Positions 12,571 to 24,503 of a stretch of DNA of 64,000 bases are shown one piece after another. The stretch is from Felis catus. Taxonomy: Eukaryota. Location of the stretch: the NCBI RefSeq assembly GCF_018350175.1, contig NC_058368.1, positions 217,002,001-217,066,000 of the forward strand, in the 5' to 3' direction. Numbering within the stretch: the stretch's first letter is position 1; each line of letters opens with the position of its first letter. The notes under the pieces are model-generated. The model made no database searches and was not told the origin of the DNA. It saw only the letters and a program-made list of their open reading frames with translations. The position numbers were made by a program, and so were the translations under genes.

Positions 12571-15210
12571 AGCACCCTCTCCATTCATATTCAGGAAGCC
12601 TTAGGAAGAAATCCCTGCATATCCACTCCTTCCTCAATTCAGGTGTAAGCATGCCAATGAACATATCCTCTGAGAATACCTCCTAATTATGTAAATTTAG
12701 TTCTAAGAATTTGCTAGGGAATGTGGGAAATCACAATTTACCAAGACACTCCAGGGCCATTTAACAAAGAAGTGCCTTTAGTAACTATGGTTAAATTTTT
12801 ATAACCATTTCTTAAGTTTCACAATTAAAGAAAAAGCTGTTAAATACTCCATGGCTAATTACATACCATAAATAATACCTGGCCACTTTGATGAAATGTT
12901 TTCATACACATACGTCTAATTGAAAGATACTTAAGTTGGTTTGTCTTGTTTATTTGTGTGTTAATTTAGTATATTTTAACTTCCTGGATTGTGTAGTTGA
13001 TTTGAGAGCTTATACTAACGTTATATACATCTTTTGCAAACACAGAAAGTGAACACAAAACTGGGCTTTTATAAATGTTGAATGCACTTTGAATTAAGAA
13101 TCCTTGCCTTGCTCAACAGCTTACTAAAAACATAGTGATATTGTTCTCCAAATCACACTTCTTATTCATGTAAGCGTTATTCATGGGAATCGTTATAGTC
13201 TTCTAATATGTTCTTCCTTATGCTTTATAGATAATCCATTTTAAAAACATGTTTTTCATACTCAGATAGCCAGACCCTAGTTGGTCATACTGAATGAAAA
13301 TCATTCCCTAGAAAATCAATTTTACTTACTCACAGTACCAATGCCAAAAACTCAAACAAACAAGGCTATTCAGTCGGTAGTCTTGTAACTTAATTAACTC
13401 AAGGAGATTTCATAGACTGAACACAATCACTTTTGTAAGTAGCGTACAGAAAGTGAGTCTGAATAGAAATTCTACATTTTTCCCCCAAGAATATATTCTT
13501 TAGAATCTTCTAGTAGTATCTTATCTACAATCTTCCAATTCCTTTAAAATTATATTCCATATTATCATTTGTTAAAAAGAGCATAAAACATTTAAGATTT
13601 AAGCTCAATGTAATTTACTTTAAGTTTAAAAAAAAAGACACTATTTGGACAAATATTATTTCCTTACTGTGAACAAAACCTATCTACTGATTTCAAAATA
13701 AAATAAAAATATTAATCTCAGCTTTAAACTCTTTATTGTATTTACAATTATGTTTAGGAATTTTATCATAAGATAATTATATAGAATTTTATCATTAAAA
13801 ATATTGAGTGATACAAAGATATAGTTGAAATGATAAAAATATTAAAATTTTATCATTACCTTAAATATTTAACTTTAGGAGAATAAACAGAATTTTAAAA
13901 ACTACAAGAATAGGCTTTATGTTACCTGCTGTGATGTTTTATTTCTCTAAATATGTCATAATTTTAAATAACTTACAGTTTTAATGGGTTTAGTAATAGG
14001 CACTATGTTTGTTTGTTTTTTCATTTTTGTTTTCTTAATCCTTTCTCAGTCTTTATTTATTGTTTCATTTCCTTTTTTATTCTGAACCAGCCTCTTCAAT
14101 TACTATAAATCAAGTAAGGATATTAGCACAATTTTTAATAAATGATGAAATGGATGGAACAATTTGCCCAGAATGTTTGGATACAGCCCCCCAAACATTG
14201 GTAGAGGAATAGAACTCATTCCATTATAACTGGAAGAAAGAAGCACACCGTTTTTGGTTGGAGGGTCTAAGGTAGAAGCTGTTGCAAAATGACTTAAGTG
14301 TTGTGACATTAAAGCCAGAAAGACTAGGAAGAAATCTGCAGAATCAAATTTCTTGACATTTAAACATCAATAAGAGCCAACATCCTACAACAAAGAAAAC
14401 ATCAGGAAATAATTCAGAGTAGAATTAGACTCATTAGATCAATGAATTTTAATCAAATGATGAATTGCTTTGGAGTAAGAATTTCTTACAACCTAATCAA
14501 GCTATAAAAAGTAAGGAGATTATATAAAAAGTAGGTTAAGTGCTTAAATTGATCTCAGGAAAAGGGTATAAACACAACCCATTGACAGAGTATAGACTTT
14601 GAGAACTCTAGTATAATAATGACTAGGGGTTGTAATACTTCCCCTTTTGTTTGTGACAAAATGGTTTATATGTCTTTAACTCTGTATCTCTTGAAATGTT
14701 CACAATTAGTCAAATTCCAGTCCACAAGAAGAAATACGCACACAAAAAAAGAGAAATTGGAGATAATGTAGTAAATTAAATTCTTAGAGTTTAGAAATCA
14801 GTTTATTATTTTCTAGTGCAAATGCCTTTTCATATTTAAGGATTTTACACACACAAACAGCCAAATGAAAATCCAGTGCAAGTACTATTTTTTTTTTAAA
14901 TAAGCTTACAAATTAGAGCCTAACATTGTCTACATGATTTAAAATGTTTAATCTACTAATTTGGTTGTGATTTTAACTTCAATGGTGTAAGAGATTGCAA
15001 CATTTTAAACAATTTTGCAACCTTACAAATAGACACGCTTTTAGTTTAATTTCTTGAATTTCCTATGATTGCTTAGGTAACTGACAGGTTGGTTGGTAAG
15101 AAAATACAAAAGAGTTGAATAGGAAATTCAGACTCACAGAGATTACAGATGTAACCAGAGCCAAATCTTACCTGTGATTTGAAGATACAGTACATCAAAA
15201 ATGCCAAACA

Positions 15211-15404
15211 GAGGCATCTGGGTGGCTCAGTCGGTTGAGTGTCCCACTTTGGTTCAGGTCATGATCCAAGTCCATGAGTTTGAGCCCTGTGTCGGGCTCT
15301 GTGCTGACAGGTTGGAGCCTGGAACCTGTTTGGATTCTGTGTCTCCCTCTTTCTCCGCCCCTCTCCCTCTCTCTCTCTCTCTCTCAAAAATAAATAAACA
15401 TTAA
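15211..15404 (+). mobile_element. Can-SINE
   Basis: Head, (CT)n, AAATAAATAAAC tail. Confidence 0.92.
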
Positions 15405-16662
15405 ATTTTTTTTAAAAATGCAAATCAAACAGTCTTGCCTTGGAGAAGTCTGAGATAATCAAAGCAGCCTGTCATACAAGTCCATACTTGGACATAATAC
15501 TAATTTAAAAAAAAGTTCTTGTATTTACTAGGAGGTTGTCCATCAGGAACTTTACAACAGGAGAGAGACAAATGGGTAGTGGGTTCTGAGCTCCAGGTTA
15601 ACATGTTTCGTCTTATTTTTTTTTATCAGATGCTGATTAGTAATTCTCCAAGATGTTTGAATTACATTAATAAATTCAATAAAATTATCTTATAAAGATT
15701 TATCAATTTTGTTTATGCAATTCAAACATTTGATGAAATTTAATTAATTAAATTTTAAAGAAATATTTATGATTTCCTGCATCCAAAGGCTATTTATTCA
15801 AATGTGCTGGACATATATCACAAAGTAAGCTCTCTATTCTTGAGGAGCTAACACACAGTGAGTAGAGGGAGAAGGAAACAATTTAAAAAATTATAAAATA
15901 AACAAATGAATTATAATTGGTAATTACTTTGGAAACTATTAGGCATTATAAATAATATCAGAAGTTCGGGCTGTGGTTGACAATGCAGCTACCTTATCAC
16001 CTCAATTAATCTTTCAAAGACTTTTGAGTAAAGACCTGAAGGAGTTGTATACGTGTTGATCGTGTGAAAATCTGGTGGCAGAATGTTATAGTAGGATAAC
16101 AGATCATGCAGAGATGTTAAGGAAAGACCATTCCTGATGTGTTCAGATTGGCCTCATGGCAGGAGGAGAATGAAGGAGAGAAAAGCACAGATACTATTAG
16201 AAAGGTAACAGGGGACCAGATCATTTCAAACATGAAAATAAGTTGCCATGGAAATCCAATTCACTTGGTTTGAAAAGAAAGATGTTTCACTTCTAACTAT
16301 TTACTCCAAGGTTGAAGGATGCTTTGGACTCAGCATTGTTAAGAGTTTTGTGTTGTTTTGTTTTGTTTTCTAGGAAATGTCTTCATCTTTTTCCTGGCCA
16401 ACGTCAGATCCCTTTTCATACACTGGATCTGTTAGAGGACACAAGACCAATTGAATTGACTTTCTAACATTCCTTTTAAAAATTATTTCCAAGAAATAAA
16501 GGTCTTATACTAATTTAAGTATCTAATGTCTATAATAGAGGTTCCTATTTAAAAGATGATAGGGAATCTCCCTTTACATCTTGTTATAGTATATTTTAAT
16601 TGTTTTTTAATTTTTTAATATGAAAATCAGGTGTATTTCTATATTCCACAGCAAACAAATAT

Positions 16663-17083
16663 TTTTTTTTAATTTATATTCAAGTTGGTTAACATACAGT
16701 CTTGGCTTCAAAAGTAGAACCCAGTGACTGATGTCTTACATATGACACCTAGTGCTCATCCTGAAACTTCCCTCCTTTAATGCCCATCACCTAGTTAAGC
16801 CACCCTCCACCCACACCCCCCTCCAGCAACCCTCAATTTTTTCTCTGACTTAAGAGCCTTTTATGGGTTGCCTCCCTCTCTGTTTTTATCTTATTTTTCC
16901 TTCCTTTCCCCTATGTTCATCTGTTGAGTTTCTCAAATTCCACATTTGACTGAAAGTATATATCTGTCTTTCTCTGACTGATTTATTTCCCTTAGCATAA
17001 TATCCTCCAGTTCCATCTACATTGTTGCAAATGGCTAGACTTCATTCTTTTTCATCCCTGAGTAGTATTCCATTGTGTGTGTG

Positions 17084-17127
<44 letters not shown>

Positions 17128-17185
17128 TACATATATATTGTAGTATACTACTATATATATATATATATACACATATATATTGTAG

Positions 17186-17216
<31 letters not shown>

Positions 17217-17478
17217 GTATATATCTTCTTATTGTAGTATTTCATCTTCTTAATCCATTCATCAGTTGATGGAAATTTGAACTCTTTCCATAATTTGGCT
17301 ATTGTTAATAGTGCTGCTATAAACACTGGGGTGTATGTATTCTTTAGATAAATTCCTAGTGGTATCTCATTGTGGTTTTGATTAGTATTTCCTTGATGAT
17401 GAGGGATGTTGAGCATATTTTCAAGTGTCTATTTGCCATCTGGACATCTTCTTTGGAAAAATGTTTATCCGTGCCTTC
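16663..17478 (-). mobile_element. Carnivore L1 3' fragment with an internal deletion and a (TA)n expansion
   Basis: Antisense L1 3'UTR plus ORF2 C-terminus ([27 protein letters not shown]); T-rich tail at ~16663. Confidence 0.9.
17086..17225. repeat. Compound (TA)n microsatellite
   Basis: TA runs interrupted by TACTAC/GTAGTA units. Confidence 0.95.
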
Positions 17479-18556
17479 GACAAAGGGTCCTGTTGGAAAT
17501 GGAACTCAGCTTCATAAAGCATCTTTATGAGGTCTACCACAAGTGCATCAGTACCAAAAGTAAACGAGATACCAGTGTTGGTAATGGGGTAAGAAAAGTG
17601 AGACGTCCAGGACCTAACGTTTAAGGAGGCATTTACTTTCACTCTAAACTTACACTTCTTTGTTAGATTTTTAATTTAGGAATAAGTACCATCACCTCAC
17701 AGACAGCAAAATTAGAAATTTTGTCCAGGACACATTTCTATTACTCCCACATCCACTGAATAATGACGTTTAAATATTCAGATTTCCTGATCTCATTCAT
17801 AAACGCACCTTTCTCTCAATCCACAGTATTTCAGCATGATTATTTCTTGTCTAGACTATATTAAATCATCTCTTAATTTATCTTCCTGTATCCAAATCAT
17901 TCTTCTAAAATTAACTATCCTCACTTCGACCTACTGAACTGATCTTTCTAAAATTCATAACTAGTCCTTCTGCTCCCATCTTTAAATAGCTCCTTTTGGC
18001 CCGCCCAAGAAATAAAGTTCACATCATTATCTACTCCTGTTTACTCCACCACCTTATGTCTCTTAGTCTATCTGGGCAGTTCCCAAATGCACTATGCTAT
18101 TTTTCTCATCTATGTCTTTGTTTTCATACTAGACATTTTCCTACCACTCAGTTCCTCTTGGGAGGAACCCACTAAAGTCTCAGAACTGAGGTCAAGCATC
18201 ACTTACTCCATGAGGATTTTCCTCACCTTCCCCAAGCCCAACTCAAACTCTTCATTTATTTCGTAGCCTGCCCAGATGTCTGTCACGGCATGTTTTATCA
18301 CATTTATTCTAAAATTCAAAGCTTTGTATGAGTCAGCACATACCTATTCTTTCCCTTTATTCCCAGTTTTGATAGAATTCTTTAAAATATAGTAGTTTTT
18401 CAGTACGTGTATGTGGATGAATAAATACATATACTATAATACAATGTAATACAAGCTAGGAAAAGTAAACCATTCCATTTATACAAAGTTTAAGTCATCC
18501 TTCACTCTCTCAGAATTTCCTATAAACACCTGATGTGAGCTTTGACCTTCTTTGAA

Positions 18557-18764
18557 AAAAATGTTTATTCCTGAGAGAGAAAGAGAGAAAGTATGCACGC
18601 ACCAGCGTGAGCAGGGAAGGGGAAGAGAGAGAGGGAGACAGAAGATCCAAAGCAGGCTCTGAACTAACAGCAGAGAACCCAATGCAGGGCTTGAACTCAC
18701 TAACCGTGAGATCGTGACCCGCGCTGAAGTTGCCCACTTAATCGACTGAGCCACCCAGGCGCCC
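18557..18764 (-). mobile_element. Can-SINE
   Basis: Antisense body ending GAGCCACCCAGGCGCCC. Confidence 0.92.
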
Positions 18765-20364
18765 AGCTGGCCTTTTAAAGTTATGAGTAGATGAACGCGT
18801 TGTATTAATACAAATTCTTACTTTCTGAAAATGGCTCTTTTGGCACCGTAAAATTCATCTTTCACTCCAGGCCCAAGAGGTCTCCTTACTCTGAAGGTTT
18901 ACCCTCTGGGATATTATGGAAGTCTCACATCCAAAATCAATTCTGCTCATGACTCAGCTAGGTTGTCAGCTAACAGGTTTCCCAAAGAGAGCTGTAAACC
19001 TAGCTCCCAAGATAGGTTCGAAGACTCACCAGAATTGTTTTCTTTTCTCTTCCTCCCCGCTGTGTCTACATAAATTCCACAGAGAGCATCAGTTCAACTA
19101 AAATTATAACTCCTAAATTATACATAATTTCATAATTTCAGCCCAGAGTGGAAATTACAGAGAATGATGCTGGCTTTTTCTATGCAGAGGCTGCCCTAGT
19201 CCAATTCACTCACTCGACATTTCAGTTAGCATGTGCCTAAAACAATCAAAACTGAGCATATGTGACTAGCATTTACTATTGAACAACTTTCAGTCCAATT
19301 AACCTGAAACATTTAATTATATAGATGTAACGGTGTCTCTATCTCAAGGTAATCGAGAATAAATGGCGAGCTGTTCTCAGAAATGACAATGATAGTATTT
19401 TAACTCAACAAAAATGACATTTTTCTCAGTACAGTATTGCTCTCTTATCTATAATTAACATCTGTAACAGATATTCCTTGGAGAAATACAGCATTTAGTT
19501 ATAATCCAAATGATTGCACATCAACTCATATTACACAGATAGAGATAAACACACACACATATTGAAAGGTAAAGACTAGAGTCTGACTACACCAAGTTGA
19601 ATTTGCCCTGTTCCGGCAGATTTAGAACATTAACAGAGAAACAGACAAAACAGGGTTTGAAACACCCTTAAAAAATTTTTTTTTAAGGAAATGTATGCTG
19701 TGTTTCACAAAGACATGTATTTCTGTTTGACAAAAACCTGCTGAATATAGTTGGTAGTAAGGTGCAAGTCTGAACTTGGAGGAAGTCAGCTTCACGAAAG
19801 ACTATTTTTAGGTGAAACAAACATGGGCTTGTTTCAAGTACAAGAACAGGAGGGAGATAAGAAAGAGGAGAAAAGAATGATTGAGGGTATAGAGTAGAAT
19901 AATGAAATTAAAAACACGTTAGTGCACTAGCTAAAAGTTGAAGGTAAACCTTAAAAAAGAATAAAGAGGTGAAGATTTAAAGAAAAAGAATGTGCTAAGC
20001 AGTGATTACCTCATGTGAACCCCATTGCCCCATGCATGTATACACCTCAAATGATAAAAATTTCCCGTTTTTCTCCTATCTACAGATGAGGGCATTCAAA
20101 TAATCAAGAGTAAAATTTCTACTAGCGGGAGTATGGAAGAAGTACAGAGATGACAAGCTTCAATGGCATCTAGATTCAATGGAAGGGGGTTTTACCTCTT
20201 TCTTTGCTGACTACTTTGCATCAGACCCTACAGGGTGGGGGGATGACTCCATGCCCTGCTTGAATCAGGAGAGCATCACAGGTAAATGCAATGCAGAGAA
20301 TCTCAAGAAATGAGAAGGAGAATGTATACAGACACTACTTTCCCTTTTAAATTTGATGTACTTT

Positions 20365-20566
20365 GGGGACACCTGGGTGGTTCAGTTGGTTAAGCATCCA
20401 ACTTTGGCTCCAGTCATGATGTTACAGCTTGTGAGTTCAAGCACCATGCCGGGCTCTGGGCTGACAGCTCAGAGCCTGGAACCTGCTTCAGATTCTGTCT
20501 TACTCTCTGCCCCTCCCCACTCATGTTCTGTCTCTCTCTCTCTCTCTCTCAAAAATAAATAAATAT
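20365..20566 (+). mobile_element. Can-SINE
   Basis: Head, body, tail; TSD TTTTAAATTTGATGTA. Confidence 0.92.
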
Positions 20567-20646
20567 TTAAAATATTTTTAATTTGATGTAATTGTTACAG
20601 CACCAACTTCTCAAGAGAGGTAAATTATTTTTAAAAATAAAAATAT

Positions 20647-20844
20647 GGGATGCCTGGATGGCTCAGTCAGTTAAGTGTCTGATTTCAGCTCAGGTTATGA
20701 TCTCGCCGTTCATGCGTTTGAGCCCCACATCAGGCTCTCTGCTGTCAGCACATGGAGCCTGCTTTGGAACTTCTGTCTCCCTCTTACTGCTTGTGCTCTC
20801 TCTCTCTCTCAAAAATAAAAAAAACATTAAAAAATTTTAAAAAA
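20647..20844 (+). mobile_element. Can-SINE
   Basis: Head, body, tail. Confidence 0.9.
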
Positions 20845-20942
20845 GAAAACAAACTATTTTTTAAGCTTTTACATCTTCCTTCCTTTTCTCAATGCAAATT
20901 TGTGCCATCAAATAATATTCCTTTCCTGTTAAATAATTTAAA

Positions 20943-21148
20943 TTTTTAATGTTTATTTATTATTGAGAGACAGACACACAGCTTGAGAAGGGGAGGGGTA
21001 GAAAGAGGGGGAGACACAGAATCCGAAGTAGACTCCAGGCTCTGAGCTGTCAGCACAGAGCCCTACGCGGGGCTCGAACTCAGAAACCGCAATATCATGA
21101 CCTGAGCCGAAGTCGGTCCCCTAACCAACTGAGCCACCCAGGCACCCC
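20943..21148 (-). mobile_element. Can-SINE
   Basis: Antisense body; TSD TCCTGTTAAATAATTT. Confidence 0.93.
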
Positions 21149-21717
21149 TCCTGTTAAATAATTTTAAAAGAACTTTCACAGAAAAAGTAGACATAAAATT
21201 TAATTGAGAAAATTAATTTAAAATATTGTCTATATTTTCCAAATGGATACATGTTACAAAATACAAAATAATAATAATAATAATCACTACCTTCTTTTAA
21301 TATAAAAGAGGCACTGAAAAAATCAAGGAGAAGTGATCTTCAAAGATTAATTAGACATGCTTCTTCATAATATATGCATAGATTTTACTTCTGGCACTAT
21401 ATGTTCACAATGTTAAGATAAGATAAGATAAAGTTCTTATTTTAAAAAAGAATAAAAGAGTGAACTGTTAAAAATCCCTTTCTGTCTGAATCAAGAAGAT
21501 TGGATTAAAGGTATGAGATAAAGGTGTTTCTAAATCATACGAGTTGTTTGGTTGGAACCATTTTTTTTCCTGGATGTATTTTTTAGACATGATAAGAATT
21601 TATATTAAAACGAGTTGTGAAAAACTGTGTAAACATCCCTAAGTGATTAAAACACCATTTAGCTTACCACAGACTGAAATTACAGTGTAAAATGAATAAA
21701 TGGTAAAATATTATATA

Positions 21718-21942
21718 CTTTTAAAATTTTTTTAACGTTTATTTTATTTTTTGAGAGACAGGGAGATCAGAGAAAGAGCAGGGGAAGGGCAGAGAGAGAG
21801 GGAGACATAGAATCTGAAGCAGGCCCAAGGCTCTAAGCTGTCAGCACAGGGCCCGCCCGACGCTGGACTCAAATCCACAAACACGAGATCATGACATGAG
21901 CCTAAGCTGGACACTCAATCAACTGAGCCACCCATGTGCCCC
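21718..21942 (-). mobile_element. Can-SINE
   Basis: Antisense body. Confidence 0.9.
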
Positions 21943-22178
21943 AAAGTATTATATTTTAAATCTGATATATGTCAGATTAAAATACACAGAGAAATGGAAG
22001 AGTATTTTTACAAAAAAGAAAGGCATAGTATTTATTTAAATGAAATGTGGTACATATGAAATTAGCAAAATTATTAAAAGTCAGATGAGATAGAGCTTGA
22101 TTACTCTTCTACTTCAAAGTTGTTTAAATAGAAAATTTTACTCAAACACTCACCAATTAAGATACAAATGTCATTTTG

Positions 22179-22184
<6 letters not shown>

Positions 22185-22214
<30 letters not shown>
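22185..22214. repeat. (TA)n microsatellite
   Basis: Read directly. Confidence 0.95.
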
Positions 22215-22217
<3 letters not shown>

Positions 22218-22289
22218 ACTTAGATAACATTCAAAGACATATAAAGCTCAAGACTATCTAGTTTAAGATTACATATGTATGTTGCACAG

Positions 22290-22475
22290 TTTTTTTAAAT
22301 GTTTATTTATGTTTGATGGAGAGTTGAGGGAAGGGCAGAGAGAGACAGAGACAGAGAATCCCAAGCAGGCTCCCCACTGTCAATGCAGAACCTGATGCAG
22401 GGCTCAATCTCACAAACCTAAGATCATGACCCAAACTGCAATCAAGAGTCATAGGCTTAACTGACTGAGCCACCA
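22290..22475 (-). mobile_element. Can-SINE
   Basis: Antisense body. Confidence 0.88.
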
Positions 22476-22522
22476 TAGGGCTTAACCACCCCTATATGTG
22501 GTAGATTTTAAAAATCAATTGA

Positions 22523-22690
22523 GGGGCACCTGGTGGCTCAGTCGGTTGAGACTCTGACTGTTGATTTCATTCAGCTCAGGTCATGATCACAGGGTCGTGA
22601 GATCGAGCCCTGCGTGGATTCTCTCTCTCTCTTCCTCTGCTCTCTCTCTCTGTCTCTAAAGTAATAAGTAAGTAAATAAATAAATAACAA
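22523..22690 (+). mobile_element. Can-SINE
   Basis: GGGGCACCTGGTGGCTCAG head, CT tract, (TAAA)n tail. Confidence 0.88.
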
Positions 22691-23260
22691 TAGAATAACA
22701 TAAAATTTAGCAAAATTGTTATTTCTTGAATAACATCATAAATGGGTGGGATTAAGCAAGGATTATAAAACAAAGACATACTATAAAAGAGGGGTCATAG
22801 ATGTGGCAAAAAAGGTATTTAGAAGGGGGTTGGGCAATAATGTCAATTCTTTTAAAGAGTCAAGTAAGGTAGGGAGTTGGAAATCCCATCACAATGAAGT
22901 TGGTTGGAGAAAGAGAAGTCTTAGTAAAAGGAATGAAGATTGAAGTCGAATAACAATATATTAAGAAGTGATTAAAAAGTGATGTAGTGGCTTTAGCCAC
23001 CTCCCAGTCCAATTTAGACTATAAAGGGGTGAACAGTTCTTTTGCATTAGGGGAGAATTTGAAGACAGATGGCAACTGGTGATGTATAGAAAGAGATCTC
23101 TGGGAAGTCTTTATAGGACAAAGTCCTCAGTATAGATGAACACCCGGTCTCTAAACATAAATAAAAATAAATGAGGAAATAATTGATGTGGATTATGTTT
23201 TAACTTCTATCTCTCTGTCTCTGTCTCTAATATACATATGTTAGAGTACATACAAGTTTG

Positions 23261-23670
23261 TGCAATCGGCCCTGGCCTATCTCAGGGGCAATAGGCAGGA
23301 GTGCCTGTCAGCCCTGCTACAGCACACAGCCAACAGGCCCAAGTGGACTTGACTCCCTCCCTGGCCAGGGGCTCCAGCTGGAGCTTGGGGAGGTGCTGGT
23401 CCCCAGGAAGATGTCCATCAGTCCCCTGGAGAGCTGGCTGAGCATCCATCTCCTACCCAGAGTAGCTGCTGGTGGCCCAGGGACCGTGGCTCCAGCCCAA
23501 CTCTATGAGTGCCCACCTAGCCAAGTGGGGGAACAGGCTGAGCAGGGGGTTGAGGGGGGTCTTGGATGCACCCCGGATGCAGTGCAAAAATGTACTGAAG
23601 ATTCGCTATCGGAAGATGAATCATCACAAGTACTGCAAACTGGTCAAAATGGCCCGGTTCCTGCGGCGGA
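23261..23670 (+). pseudogene. AURKAIP1: AURKAIP1 (mitoribosomal mS38) pseudogene fragment, truncated at both ends and frameshifted
   Basis: RPWPISG...[22 protein letters not shown]...[15 protein letters not shown], then after a frameshift near 23557 [35 protein letters not shown]; matches the AURKAIP1 motifs VPRKMSVSPLESWL and [20 protein letters not shown]. Confidence 0.93.
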
Positions 23671-23909
23671 TTTCAGAATATTTTGTTCACCACAGCAAAA
23701 ATGCTACAATCCTTAGCAGTCACTCTTGATCTCTCCCCTTCACCTAGCAAGCCCATGACCAACACTACTCTACTTTTTGTCTCTACGAATTTGCCTATTC
23801 TGAGCGTTTCATATAAATATTTTATGTCTTGACTTTTTTCACTTAGCATAATGTAGTCAAGGTTCATTTATGTTGTAGCATGTATCAGGGCCTCATTTTT
23901 TTATGGCCT

Positions 23910-24281
23910 ATGTTGGTTTGCTAGAGTTCTTATGACAAAATGCCACAGACAAGATAACTTAAAGAACAGAAATGGATTTTCTTACAGTTCTGGAGACTGG
24001 AAGTCCCAGATCAGCGTGTCAGCAGAATTGGTTTCTCCTGAGGTCTCTCTCTCCTTGGCTTGCAGATGGCCATCTTCTTCATGTGTTCACATGGTGATTT
24101 CTCTGCACATTCTTGCAAGGAAACTTCCTCTTCTTGTAGGGACACCAGGGTCCACATTAATGATTTAATTTTAACTCACTTATCTCTTTAAAGACCTTAA
24201 CTCCAAATGCAGTTGCATTTCTAAGGTGACGGATAGGACTTCAACACAAGGATGGGAGGGGACACAATTCATCCTCTAACG
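23910..24281 (-). mobile_element. MaLR LTR (MLT1A-like) inserted in an old L1
   Basis: TCTTACAGTTCTGGAGACTGGAAGTCCCAGATCA and GGGGACACAATTCA antisense MLT1 motifs. Confidence 0.75.
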
Positions 24282-24304
24282 TGGTTGATTAATATAATGT
24301 TGTC

Positions 24305-24503
24305 TGGGGGCATGGGGGTGGCTCAGTTGGTTAAGCAACCAACTTTTGGTTTTGGCTCAGGTCATGATCTCATGGTTTGTGGGTTTGAGACCTGCACGGG
24401 GCTGATAGTGTAGAGCCTGCTTGGAATTCTCTCTCTCTGCCTCTCCCTGCTCTCTCTCTGTCTCTGACTCTCTCTCAAAGTAAATAAATAAGCTTTAAAA
24501 AAA
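24305..24503 (+). mobile_element. Can-SINE
   Basis: Head, body, tail; TSD AATATAATGTT. Confidence 0.9.

Noticed and set aside
23258..23716. The 152-aa ORF as a functional AURKAIP1 retrogene
   Set aside because: It has a TTG start, lacks the N-terminal targeting peptide, frameshifts before the conserved domain and lacks the C-terminus.
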